A DNA stretch of 64,000 nucleotides from Patescibacteria group bacterium (GTDB lineage: Bacteria > Patescibacteriota > WWE3 > UBA101185 > UBA10185). The stretch covers positions 388,023-452,022 of the forward strand of contig JBMORU010000001.1 in assembly GCA_049322215.1 (NCBI GenBank), given 5' to 3'. The notes beneath the pieces were generated by a model that saw nothing but the letters and a program-made list of their open reading frames with translations, had not been told where the DNA came from and ran no database searches. Shown here piece by piece: positions 1 to 8,445 of the stretch (its first letter is position 1; the number at the start of each line of letters is the position of its first letter). A program made the translations under genes and the position numbers.

Positions 1-8
1 CTATTCTT

Positions 9-1166
9 ATGTTTTATATTGTCTTTTCTAAACTTTTTAGCAGGGAAGCTGCTCTATATGGTGTGATTCTATTTGCTTTTCAACCTTTTGTTGCAGGTTT
101 AGTAAGAAACTTTCATGCTGACAGCACCGTAACCTCTTTTATGCTTATGTCTTCTATTACTGCAATTTACTATTTGGAAAAGACCCGTAAAACTAAATAC
201 ATTTTACTTTCAGGTATTTTTGGCGGATTTGCGTTATTAAGTAAATCAGCTGCAATATATTTAATTCCGTACATTGGGTTTTTGCTTCTTATAGATTTGT
301 TGTTTAACTACAAGCCTAAATTTAGTTTTAAGGCGTTTTTACCTTATGCAAAAATTTACTTAATTTGGATTTTGTCTTTAGCTGCCACATTTTTTGTTTC
401 TTTCCCGGCTATGTGGTTAAAACCCATTGAAATTTTAAGGAGGATTTTTATATATGAAGGTTGGTTTTTAGTTACAGAAGGGCGTGGTGGGGTAAATGGC
501 TTTTTATACTATGCAGAACCCATTAGCCGTATTTTAACTCCATTATTTTTACTGTCTTTCTTTATTGGTACTTCAGTTATAGTTGTTAACTTTAAAGGCT
601 ATAGTCACACAAAAAAGAAGAGAATTTTATACGTAGTTGGTTTTGTTGCTTTTTACTTACTGCAAATGTCCCTTGTTAAGCAAAAAATGGATAGGTATTT
701 GCTGCCTATGCTTCCCTTTGTTGCTTTTGTGGGGGGTGTTGGATTAGAGTATTTAAACACCCTTATTAAGAGCCCTATAGTCAAGAAGGCATTTGCTTTG
801 CTGATACTAGCGCTAAACCTTAGCTTTATTTTGTACTTTTTTCCTAATTATTTGCTTTATCCTAGCGAACCCGGAAAAGATCAGTTTGGATGTTCGTTAT
901 GTAGTGATATTGGTGATTATTTTAATGCTAAACCAAACGGGGCAGACTTAAAAATAGCTACAACCTCAAAAAAAGTTCATAGGTTACGTCCTTTTGTTAA
1001 TGGAAAGGTTTACCACGTTGATGAAGCCTTACCTGAGGGGTGGTCTATTGAGTATGTTGTTGCAGCAACTCAAGAGCAACTGCCAGAAAAATATTCTTAC
1101 TGTGTTTTAGAAACAAGTATAGGTTTCAGAGGTACAGAGTATTGGAATATTTATAGTTGCAAATAA
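9..1166 (+). CDS. Polytopic membrane glycosyltransferase, GT39/ArnT/PMT_2-like (C-terminal part). The frame is open to the window edge, so the gene is probably 5'-truncated.
   Basis: Many predicted TM helices followed by a soluble C-terminal domain. The architecture resembles ArnT/PMT-type lipid-linked sugar transferases. There is no upstream in-frame stop before position 1. Confidence 0.4.
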   Translation: MFYIVFSKLFSREAALYGVILFAFQPFVAGLVRNFHADSTVTSFMLMSSITAIYYLEKTRKTKYILLSGIFGGFALLSKSAAIYLIPYIGFLLLIDLLFNYKPKFSFKAFLPYAKIYLIWILSLAATFFVSFPAMWLKPIEILRRIFIYEGWFLVTEGRGGVNGFLYYAEPISRILTPLFLLSFFIGTSVIVVNFKGYSHTKKKRILYVVGFVAFYLLQMSLVKQKMDRYLLPMLPFVAFVGGVGLEYLNTLIKSPIVKKAFALLILALNLSFILYFFPNYLLYPSEPGKDQFGCSLCSDIGDYFNAKPNGADLKIATTSKKVHRLRPFVNGKVYHVDEALPEGWSIEYVVAATQEQLPEKYSYCVLETSIGFRGTEYWNIYSCK

Positions 1167-1288
1167 TTTTCTTCTTACCATGTTTTTATAAAAACTTAAT
1201 TTGTTTCTTAGGATAATTTATAACAATTGATAACGTGATAGTCTTTGCGCTGTATCTAAAAGTTATTTAATTGGAGACGGAGATCTTT

Positions 1289-1612
1289 ATGAATAAATCT
1301 ACTATTAATCATACTGAAATACGTAATTGGGCAGAAAAGCATGCAGGTAACCCTGCTTTAATTACTCCAATAGAAGTAGAAAACGTACCTATTGGAATCA
1401 GAATAAACTTTCCAGAAACAGCAAACGACAATTTTTTAGCATCTACACAATCCAGAAACATTTCATGGGACGAGTTTTTTAGCGTATTTGAAAAACAAGG
1501 ATTAGCCTTTGTTTACAACACCGAACCCAAAACCGTTGACCCAACTTACTGGTATATGTTTGAGAAACGTTCAGTTTCTTACGATGATCTGCCTATTTTG
1601 GTTTTATCTTGA
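1289..1612 (+). CDS. hypothetical protein
   Basis: ORF with GGAGACGGAG about 8 nt upstream of the ATG at 1289. The ORF track starts earlier, at 1271. No recognisable motif. Confidence 0.45.
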   Translation: MNKSTINHTEIRNWAEKHAGNPALITPIEVENVPIGIRINFPETANDNFLASTQSRNISWDEFFSVFEKQGLAFVYNTEPKTVDPTYWYMFEKRSVSYDDLPILVLS

Positions 1613-1654
1613 TGTTGTATGTAGGTTAAAACAAATAGATGGTAGTATATATGT

Positions 1655-2569
1655 ATGCAAAAAATCATTTCACATTTATGGTATGACAAAGAGGCTAAAG
1701 AAGCTGCTGAGTTTTACGTGTCTCTTTTTCCTAAATCAAAAATTACAAACATTTCGAACTTGAACGATACGCCTTCGGGTGATGTGGACATTGTTTCATT
1801 TGAACTTTGGGAACAACCTTTTATGGCTATAAGCGCAGGGCCTTACTTTAAATTTAATCCTTCTATTTCTTTTATGGTAAATTTTGATCCTGCACAAAAT
1901 GAAAGTGCCTCACAGAAAATTGATGAGATTTGGGAAAAACTTTCTGACGAAGGCGAAATTAGAATGCCTATAGGCAAGTACCCTTTTAGTGAACGCTATG
2001 GTTGGGTAGCCGACAAATATGGTTTAAATTGGCAACTTATACTAACAAACCCCAACGGGGAATCACGGCCTCCAATAATACCTTCACTTTTATTTGTAGG
2101 TGATAAGGCTGGTTTGGCAGACGAAGCTAGGAAATTTTACCTTTCGGTATTTAAAGATTCAGAACCTGGAGCGCTTTTTCATTACGGTAAAGATCAAGAA
2201 CCTAACAAAGAAGGTACAGTTATGTTTTCGGATTTTAGACTTTTTAATACTTGGTTTGTAGCAATGGATGGTGGTGGTGAACACAACTTTGATTTTAATG
2301 AGTCAATTTCATTTATTGTTTCATGCAAAAATCAAGAAGAAATAGATTATTACTGGAACAAACTGTCTGCTGTGCCTGAAGCTGAGCAATGTGGTTGGCT
2401 AAAAGATAAGTATGGCGTTTCCTGGCAAATAACTCCTAAAGAAATGGATGAAATGATGAATAAAGGAACTCCGGATCAGATAAACAGAGTTACGCAGGCC
2501 TTTCTTAAAATGAAAAAGTTTGATATTGAAAAGCTTAAAGAGGCATACGAAGGTCAAGTCAGTATTTGA
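1655..2569 (+). CDS. VOC/glyoxalase-superfamily protein, PhnB-like (the family mis-named 3-demethylubiquinone-9 3-methyltransferase), internally duplicated
   Basis: Two homologous ~150-aa halves: ISHLWYDKEAKEAAEFYVSLF... and IIPSLLFVGDKAGLADEARKFYLSVF... Each half ends in a GW..D.YG.SWQ motif typical of PhnB-like VOC domains. Confidence 0.6.
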   Translation: MQKIISHLWYDKEAKEAAEFYVSLFPKSKITNISNLNDTPSGDVDIVSFELWEQPFMAISAGPYFKFNPSISFMVNFDPAQNESASQKIDEIWEKLSDEGEIRMPIGKYPFSERYGWVADKYGLNWQLILTNPNGESRPPIIPSLLFVGDKAGLADEARKFYLSVFKDSEPGALFHYGKDQEPNKEGTVMFSDFRLFNTWFVAMDGGGEHNFDFNESISFIVSCKNQEEIDYYWNKLSAVPEAEQCGWLKDKYGVSWQITPKEMDEMMNKGTPDQINRVTQAFLKMKKFDIEKLKEAYEGQVSI

Positions 2570-2584
2570 TAGTATACTTGTGTT

Positions 2585-3277
2585 GTGGAAAAACTTCATC
2601 CAATTCAAATAAGAATACTTTTTGACTTACTGTTTGTAAAAGACCTAAACTACGCAAGCATCAAACCTGTGTATATGGAAGGCAGCCAGTTTGTGTTTCA
2701 TATGAACCGATTGATAGTAGAAGGTTTAGTAAAAAAGCGAGGTGCAACTTATAAACTGACCGAAATTGGTAAAGAGTATGCAAATAAAATTGATGCAAAT
2801 TCTTTAGAAATTGCACTTCAAGCAAAGAATACTGCTGTATTTTGCGCTGTGAAAAATGAAAATGAGTACCTACTTTATAAAAGGCAAAAAAATCCTTTTT
2901 ATGGGTGTTATGGGTTTCCCACGCAAAAAATTTTGTGGGGAGAATCTGCTTTGGAAACCGCTGTTAAGGGTTTAAAAGAAGAAACCGGTTTAAAAGCTAT
3001 TACACCACCCCAGTTATTTGCTATTCGTCATTACTTAGTACACTTGGAGAACACGGAAATAGTAGAAGACAAGTTCATGTATTGCTTTTTAATTAAAAAT
3101 CCTATTGGCGATTTAGAACCTAATTCTGAAGGGGATTTTTTTTGGGTTCCTGAGGAAAAAGTTAGTTCCGCAGTAAAAAAACCTCAAGAGGAGTTTTTTG
3201 ATATATTTCAAACTCTAAAATCTTACAAAAGTGACATTTCTTTTAAAGAAATATCTGTAGTAACTAAAAACTTTTAG
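2585..3277 (+). CDS. NUDIX hydrolase with N-terminal winged-helix domain (GTG start)
   Basis: Nudix box GESALETAVKGLKEETGL in the C-terminal half. N-terminal HTH-like segment IQIRILFDLL... Confidence 0.6.
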   Translation: MEKLHPIQIRILFDLLFVKDLNYASIKPVYMEGSQFVFHMNRLIVEGLVKKRGATYKLTEIGKEYANKIDANSLEIALQAKNTAVFCAVKNENEYLLYKRQKNPFYGCYGFPTQKILWGESALETAVKGLKEETGLKAITPPQLFAIRHYLVHLENTEIVEDKFMYCFLIKNPIGDLEPNSEGDFFWVPEEKVSSAVKKPQEEFFDIFQTLKSYKSDISFKEISVVTKNF

Positions 3278-3403
3278 CAGGTACTATTCGCTGTGTCTAA
3301 AGCCAATCACATACTTCTAGGTATAGTCTACTTTACTTTTTAATATCTCCTTTCGCTCATAGTATGAACTCATAGTTCAATACTAATCACAAGGAGAGTG
3401 AAA

Positions 3404-3706
3404 ATGAGCACCAAACCAATTACCCCATCAGGAGTTGGAAAAGCCAAATCAGCCAGTTTACCTGATGTAGTTATAGAGGTATTTAATGAGCTAATTGCAC
3501 AAAACTTTTATGGTGGTTCTGCCAGTGTGAAGCAGAAAGATGCTGTTGCTATGCTAGTAGCTAAAGGTCTAGATCGCAACGAAATTTTTAAGAAAGGATG
3601 GCTAGACGTCGAAGAAGTTTACCGTAAAGCCGGTTGGAAAGTTTACTATGATAAGCCGGGCTACAATGAAAGCTATGATGCTTACTTTAGATTTTCGAAA
3701 CGGTAA
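3404..3706 (+). CDS. hypothetical small protein
   Basis: AAGGAGAG SD 5 nt before the ATG at 3404. The ORF track begins at GTG 3398. Followed by an intrinsic terminator. Moderately G+C-elevated relative to neighbours. Confidence 0.55.
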   Translation: MSTKPITPSGVGKAKSASLPDVVIEVFNELIAQNFYGGSASVKQKDAVAMLVAKGLDRNEIFKKGWLDVEEVYRKAGWKVYYDKPGYNESYDAYFRFSKR

Positions 3707-3715
3707 CTTATACAT

Positions 3716-3754
3716 GGCCTTAAAGATTTTATATGAATTTTTAAGGCCTTTTTT
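3716..3754 (+). terminator. rho-independent terminator (GGCCTTAAA / TTTAAGGCC stem followed by TTTTTT)
   Basis: 9-bp perfect inverted repeat, 15-nt loop, T6 tract. Seen directly. Confidence 0.6.
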
Positions 3755-3775
3755 AGCTTATGCTAGACTACTTTT

Positions 3776-4195
3776 ATGAACATGTTTAAGCCAAAAACGG
3801 CTGAAAATCCAAAAGACTACATTAATCAAATTGATGAACCAAGAAAAAGCGAAATAATAAAACTGCATGAATTTATAAAAAACGCACTACCCGAAATGAA
3901 AGTAGAAATGTTTCATAACATAATTGGTTATGGTTCTTATCACTACAAATCTAAGTCTGGATCCGAAGGTGATTGGTTTACTGTAGGTCTTGCTAGCCAA
4001 AAAAGCTATATTTCTGTATATGTATGTGCTGTTGAAGGCAAAGAATATGTTGCTGAAAAACATAAAGACTGGTTTCCTAAAGCCTCTATTGGTAAAAGCT
4101 GTATAAGGTTTAAAAAGGTTGAGGATATAGATTTACAAAAGTTAGAAGAACTGCTACTGCTTGCTAAAAAAGTTGGTTCAATGAATGGTGTTTAG
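3776..4195 (+). CDS. DUF1801 (YdhG-like) domain protein
   Basis: Sequence pattern typical of DUF1801. Leaderless-type promoter TTAAGG-17-TAGACT-6-ATG upstream. Confidence 0.55.
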   Translation: MNMFKPKTAENPKDYINQIDEPRKSEIIKLHEFIKNALPEMKVEMFHNIIGYGSYHYKSKSGSEGDWFTVGLASQKSYISVYVCAVEGKEYVAEKHKDWFPKASIGKSCIRFKKVEDIDLQKLEELLLLAKKVGSMNGV

Positions 4196-4225
4196 TTTGT
4201 GTTGAAGGCGTTTCGTTATTTTACT

Positions 4226-4243
4226 GGTCGGGGTGACAGGACA
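4226..4243 (-). repeat. 18-bp direct copy of the tRNA-Pro 3' end (TGGTCGGGGTGACAGGAC on the plus strand), 136 bp downstream of the tRNA on its own strand
   Basis: Exact match to 4380-4397. Att-core-like duplication. Confidence 0.7.
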
Positions 4244-4379
4244 TGGGGCTTCGTTTCACTCAGCCTCCTTTTTCACTCATTGCATTCGTTCAAAAGAATG
4301 AACCTCAGCTGAAGCTAAGTTTCAATCCACACACCTACGATGCAAATTTGTTCACCACTTTGTGGTAATCAAATTTCCA

Positions 4380-4456
4380 TGGTCGGGGTGACAGGACTTG
4401 AACCTGCGACCTCCCGGCCCCCAGCCGGACGCGCTAGCCAACTGCGCCACACCCCG
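4380..4456 (-). tRNA. tRNA-Pro (anticodon GGG)
   Basis: Reverse complement CGGGGTGTGGCGCAGTTGGCTAGCGCGTCCGGCTGGGGGCCGGGAGGTCGCAGGTTCAAGTCCTGTCACCCCGACCA folds as a cloverleaf. Acceptor stem 7 bp, anticodon stem TCCGG/CCGGG, loop CTGGGGG, GTTCAAG T-loop. CCA is encoded. Confidence 0.85.
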
Positions 4457-4522
4457 TTATTTCAGCTACACTATTTTAGCACCCTGCTGTACATAATTTA
4501 TAACATATGAAAGAATTCACAT

Positions 4523-4936
4523 ATGACAAAAGCATCCGCACCACAAATTCACTATGCGCACTTTGGAACCCGCTTTTTAGCGTTTATTTTTGATATTGTG
4601 TTTACCTCCGTTTTAAGTGGAACTTTGTTAATTTTTATAGCACCCGATGCTAGTCCGCTTAATCCTTTTCCTATGCTATTTTGGTGGGGATATTTAATTT
4701 TTACTGATGTGCACTACGGATACTCTGTTGGTAAACGCATGTTTGGCCTAAAGGTTGTAAACAAAGATACAGGTGAAAAACTAAATTACTTTGAATCCGG
4801 AATAAGAGAGTCTATAGGAAGAATGTTATCTTCAATTGTTTTGGGAATAGGCTACTTATGGATGCTTTTTGATAAAAATAAACAAACCTGGCACGATAAG
4901 CTAAGCAATAGTATTGTAATAACGATGGAAGCTTAA
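4523..4936 (+). CDS. RDD-family membrane protein
   Basis: RDD-like pattern (R..D..D spacing with flanking TM helices). Three predicted TM segments. Confidence 0.55.
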   Translation: MTKASAPQIHYAHFGTRFLAFIFDIVFTSVLSGTLLIFIAPDASPLNPFPMLFWWGYLIFTDVHYGYSVGKRMFGLKVVNKDTGEKLNYFESGIRESIGRMLSSIVLGIGYLWMLFDKNKQTWHDKLSNSIVITMEA

Positions 4937-4969
4937 TATTAGTTTGTATACTAAACTCCCATCATTTTG

Positions 4970-5239
4970 TTATTTGCATTTGAAAAACCACATGTCGTGG
5001 GGCTTACCTACTGCGTCTTTGGGGGCTTTAGCCTGGCCATTTACGTGCTCGTGAAGAAATACATGTGGATGCGCATCTTTTCTTACTACTTCGATGTTTG
5101 GAGGAATTTGCCCGTAAAATACTCCCGATGCTTTGGCTAATGCTGTATTAAGCTTAGTTCCAGCATTAACTGCTTGGTCAACACGCAACCAAAACTTGCT
5201 GTTGTTTCCGTGAAAGACAACAATTTTTGAATTTACCAT
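4970..5239 (-). CDS. hypothetical small protein
   Basis: Strong SD (AAGGAGAG, 5-nt spacer) on the minus strand. G+C moderately elevated. No motif recognised. Confidence 0.5.
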   Translation of the reverse strand: MVNSKIVVFHGNNSKFWLRVDQAVNAGTKLNTALAKASGVFYGQIPPNIEVVRKDAHPHVFLHEHVNGQAKAPKDAVGKPHDMWFFKCK

Positions 5240-5298
5240 TTTTCTCTCCTTATATTCGTAGATAAATTATTAAAATGATACCCTATAAAATTGTATAG

Positions 5299-5937
5299 TC
5301 AACTTTGGAAGATTAGCTTAAACAAGGGTCGTTGTTGCCCATACGCAAGTTTTTTACCCCAAGAAGATTCGACTTTGGACAATTCTTTTTTGTTTAATTC
5401 ATCAATTTGCTTAAGCCTAAAATTTACTTTTTCAAATTCAGGTACAATTTGTTCTAATATTTGTTCTTTATTCAAGTGTTCAAGGTTTAATCTTTCAAAT
5501 TCTGTGGGTTCTGCTTCGTTTGTGTATCCAAAAATTATTTCTAAGGTGCCTCTTGGCTTAAGTAAGTTTTTAATAAAATTTAACTGAGTTTCGTTAGGTT
5601 TTGCTACAGCTTGTAATAAACTACCCCAGGGTAAATTTATAGTTACTGTATCTGCTATATTTTCAAGTTCTTCAGGTAAGTTTTCTAAGCTTGCTAAAAC
5701 AAACATAACATTTTGCACTTTGCTTCTTACTGCTTTTTTTGAATATTCTTGCAATTGTTTTTCATTTGGGTCTATACCTATATAAAGACTATTTTTGTTA
5801 GCTATAGCATTTTTGTACACAAATCTGCCGTTGCCTGTACCCAAATCAATGTGCGTTTTTTGGTACTTTCTTAACGTTTCTCTAAAATTTTCAGGTTTTT
5901 CTTCTATTAGTTTGTTTCCTTTTACTAGTTTAATCAC
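5299..5937 (-). CDS. 16S rRNA (adenine1408-N1)-methyltransferase homologue, Kam/NpmA family (aminoglycoside-resistance-type MTase)
   Basis: Blocks matching NpmA/KamB as I recall them: HIDLGTGNGRFVYKNAIANKNSLYIGIDP, NVMFVLASLENLPEELENIADTVTINLPWGSLLQAVAKPN, and C-terminal SSWGKKLAYGQQRPLF. This includes the two catalytic Trp positions (PWG and SxW). Length 212 aa matches the family. Confidence 0.75.
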   Translation of the reverse strand: MIKLVKGNKLIEEKPENFRETLRKYQKTHIDLGTGNGRFVYKNAIANKNSLYIGIDPNEKQLQEYSKKAVRSKVQNVMFVLASLENLPEELENIADTVTINLPWGSLLQAVAKPNETQLNFIKNLLKPRGTLEIIFGYTNEAEPTEFERLNLEHLNKEQILEQIVPEFEKVNFRLKQIDELNKKELSKVESSWGKKLAYGQQRPLFKLIFQS

Positions 5938-5965
5938 TATAGTATGTTAAATTAATACCGTACTT

Positions 5966-6796
5966 ATGGAATTATCGCACACAAAACCTGAAATAATAGC
6001 AATTTGGCAACCATTTGGTTTTTCTACTCACATTATTACTAAAAAGGTTTCTGAGTTATTACAAACACCCACCTCACATACGGGAACCTTAGATCCCATG
6101 GCTGAAGGTGTAATAGTTGTTCTTACTGGAGAAAACAGGCATAAAAAGTATGAGTATGCCTCTTGGCTAAAAACTTACGAATTCAACCTAGTTTTGGGGG
6201 TTTCTACCGATAGTTATGATGGATTAGGTTTGATGACTTCTAACTTTATAAAACCTAATTTAACCGAAAATCATATAAATTTAGCACTTGTACAAATAAA
6301 ATCTCAAAAACCATATATACAAACAATACCTCCTTATTCTGCAATTAAGGTTAATGGTAAACCTTTGCATTGGTATGCCCGCAGCAATATGCTTGCTGAA
6401 GTTACGCTTCCAACTCGCTCTGGTGAGATTTACGAGTTGTCTTTGGTTAGCCTAAAAGAGGTGAATCTTGAAAGTGCCCTAAAGCTTATAATAAATCGAA
6501 CTAATCTTGTGACGGGGAATTTACGTCAGCCTGTGGTTTTAGCTCAGTGGGAAAAATTTTTAAAAGACGTTGGGAACCTTTCTACATATGAGCTTGTTTT
6601 GAGGGTCAAGTTAACTAAGGGTCTATATGTTCGCTCGTTGAGTCAGGATATTTGCAAACAACTAGATTGTACCGGCTTTGTCTCTAGTATATCTAGAATT
6701 GATAATGGTCTCTACAATAAAAGCAATTGCGTAACCTTAGAGCAATTATTTGGTTCAAATTATAATAGAGATCAAAAGTTTGATTCAATAACGTAA
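5966..6796 (+). CDS. truB: tRNA pseudouridine(55) synthase
   Basis: TruB catalytic motif HTGTLDPMAEGVIVV. Length fits. Confidence 0.8.
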   Translation: MELSHTKPEIIAIWQPFGFSTHIITKKVSELLQTPTSHTGTLDPMAEGVIVVLTGENRHKKYEYASWLKTYEFNLVLGVSTDSYDGLGLMTSNFIKPNLTENHINLALVQIKSQKPYIQTIPPYSAIKVNGKPLHWYARSNMLAEVTLPTRSGEIYELSLVSLKEVNLESALKLIINRTNLVTGNLRQPVVLAQWEKFLKDVGNLSTYELVLRVKLTKGLYVRSLSQDICKQLDCTGFVSSISRIDNGLYNKSNCVTLEQLFGSNYNRDQKFDSIT

Positions 6797-6907
6797 TTTA
6801 GTTCGTCATTTAGGAATCAGGTTTTATTTAACAGCTATAGTACTTGAACTTATTGGCATACCAAACTAAACTGATTGGGCTTAATACTTAATTTTAGGAG
6901 TAATTAA

Positions 6908-7267
6908 ATGACAGAAGAAATGATTATTAAAAGGCTAAAAATAATTGACGATTTGAGCCAAGAACTAAATTCACTTAAAGAAACATTTGAAGGAATGTTA
7001 GAAGATGACCCTCAATATCAGGATTTTCAGGAGGAAGAAAACAAAATAAAAGAAGAGCGTAAAGAAAAAAAAGACAAAATAATGGCAAATAGTGCTTACA
7101 AAGACGTTAACGAGCAACTCAAAGAAAAAAGACAAGATATAAAAGAAAACAAGGAAGCATTGGCTCAAGAATTAGTAGAATACTATAAAGAGACAGGCTC
7201 TTTAGAGTTTACTGATCAATATGGTGAAACTAAAAGATTAAAATTCTCGGTTCGGCTGATTAATTAG
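6908..7267 (+). CDS. hypothetical coiled-coil protein
   Basis: AGGAG SD. Highly charged K/E-rich helical sequence. Confidence 0.45.
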   Translation: MTEEMIIKRLKIIDDLSQELNSLKETFEGMLEDDPQYQDFQEEENKIKEERKEKKDKIMANSAYKDVNEQLKEKRQDIKENKEALAQELVEYYKETGSLEFTDQYGETKRLKFSVRLIN

Positions 7268-7431
7268 TAAGATTCGATAAAGTTTTGTATTTATGTTATC
7301 ATCGCAGCGATATGTCAATTAAGAAAAAGAAAAAAGAATCACAAAAGAATAAAAGTGTTAGACGTAGTAAGAAGAAAACAAAAAGAGTTTGTTAATATTT
7401 TATTCGTTTAGCTCTTTAAACTTGCTGTCCA

Positions 7432-7926
7432 GTGAAATTTAAATTTCCTAGCAAATATAAAATATACGTACTCATTTTACTGTTATTTTTAGCTTACTTA
7501 TTTCCTAGCTTAACGTTTACAGTAGATAATACCTCTGAATTTGTTGTTTCTCGCGTAATAGACGGGGATACAGTTGAATTATCTAACGGTCAAAAAGTAC
7601 GTTATATAGGAATTGATACCCCTGAAAGTGTTAAACCGGGCAGCCCCGTAGAATGTTATGCTCTTGAAGCTAAAGCAAAAAATTCTGAGCTGGTTTTAAA
7701 TAAACATGTAGTTTTAGAAAGGGATGTAAATGAAGCGGACAAGTATGGTAGGTTACTACGCTATGTTTGGGTAGATGGCTTACTAATTAATGAAATTCTG
7801 ATAAAAGAGGGTTTTGCCCATGCGGTTTCTTACCCACCTGACATAAAGTATCAAGAGCAGCTTCGTTTAGCAGAAAGAGAAGCACGTGATTTAAAAAAAG
7901 GTATTTGGGGGGCTAATTGTGACTAA
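7432..7926 (+). CDS. secreted thermonuclease (staphylococcal-nuclease-like)
   Basis: Signal/TM anchor, then SNase-like motifs VIDGDTVEL...YIGIDTPE and RLLRYVWVDG. Confidence 0.75.
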   Translation: MKFKFPSKYKIYVLILLLFLAYLFPSLTFTVDNTSEFVVSRVIDGDTVELSNGQKVRYIGIDTPESVKPGSPVECYALEAKAKNSELVLNKHVVLERDVNEADKYGRLLRYVWVDGLLINEILIKEGFAHAVSYPPDIKYQEQLRLAEREARDLKKGIWGANCD

Positions 7927-7974
7927 AGATCAGCTACTCAACTATTAGATGAACAGCTGATCCTTAACTAAAGG

Positions 7975-8334
7975 CTAAAAAGATTTAGGTTTTCGTTTTA
8001 GCTCAGTGATGAATGCCCTCAACAAAACATGCCAGCGCCATAATGTTAAGCTTTGAGTCAATTCTTCCTCAGCGTCAAAAAATTCTATGTACGCAGATTC
8101 TCTTAAAATATCTTTTGACACAATAGCTATGTCTATGAAAGCAACTGCTTTGTTAAAGTTTTCCCCTCTAAAAACCCTAACTGCTAATACGCTTTTTTGC
8201 TCATCTTTTGGTAGTAGCAATAGTGTTACTGTGTATATTTCATTTCCCGGCCAAAACTTTAAGTGCTGAAACCATTTTCGTTGTGTTTCTATCACTCTAG
8301 TTGTTATAACCTGTATTTCATTTGTTTCGTGCAT
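7975..8334 (-). CDS. hypothetical protein
   Basis: Strong SD AAGGAGAG 6 nt upstream of the ATG on the minus strand. No motif recognised. Confidence 0.5.
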   Translation of the reverse strand: MHETNEIQVITTRVIETQRKWFQHLKFWPGNEIYTVTLLLLPKDEQKSVLAVRVFRGENFNKAVAFIDIAIVSKDILRESAYIEFFDAEEELTQSLTLWRWHVLLRAFITELKRKPKSF

Positions 8335-8445
8335 ATATCTCTCCTTGTAGCGGTTTTGCTTTGCATTATAGGATAAATAACGAGGCTATCCAAACTTCAT
8401 CACTCAAACTAAGCATTGTGTTTGTATTTGTAATATAATTGGCTT

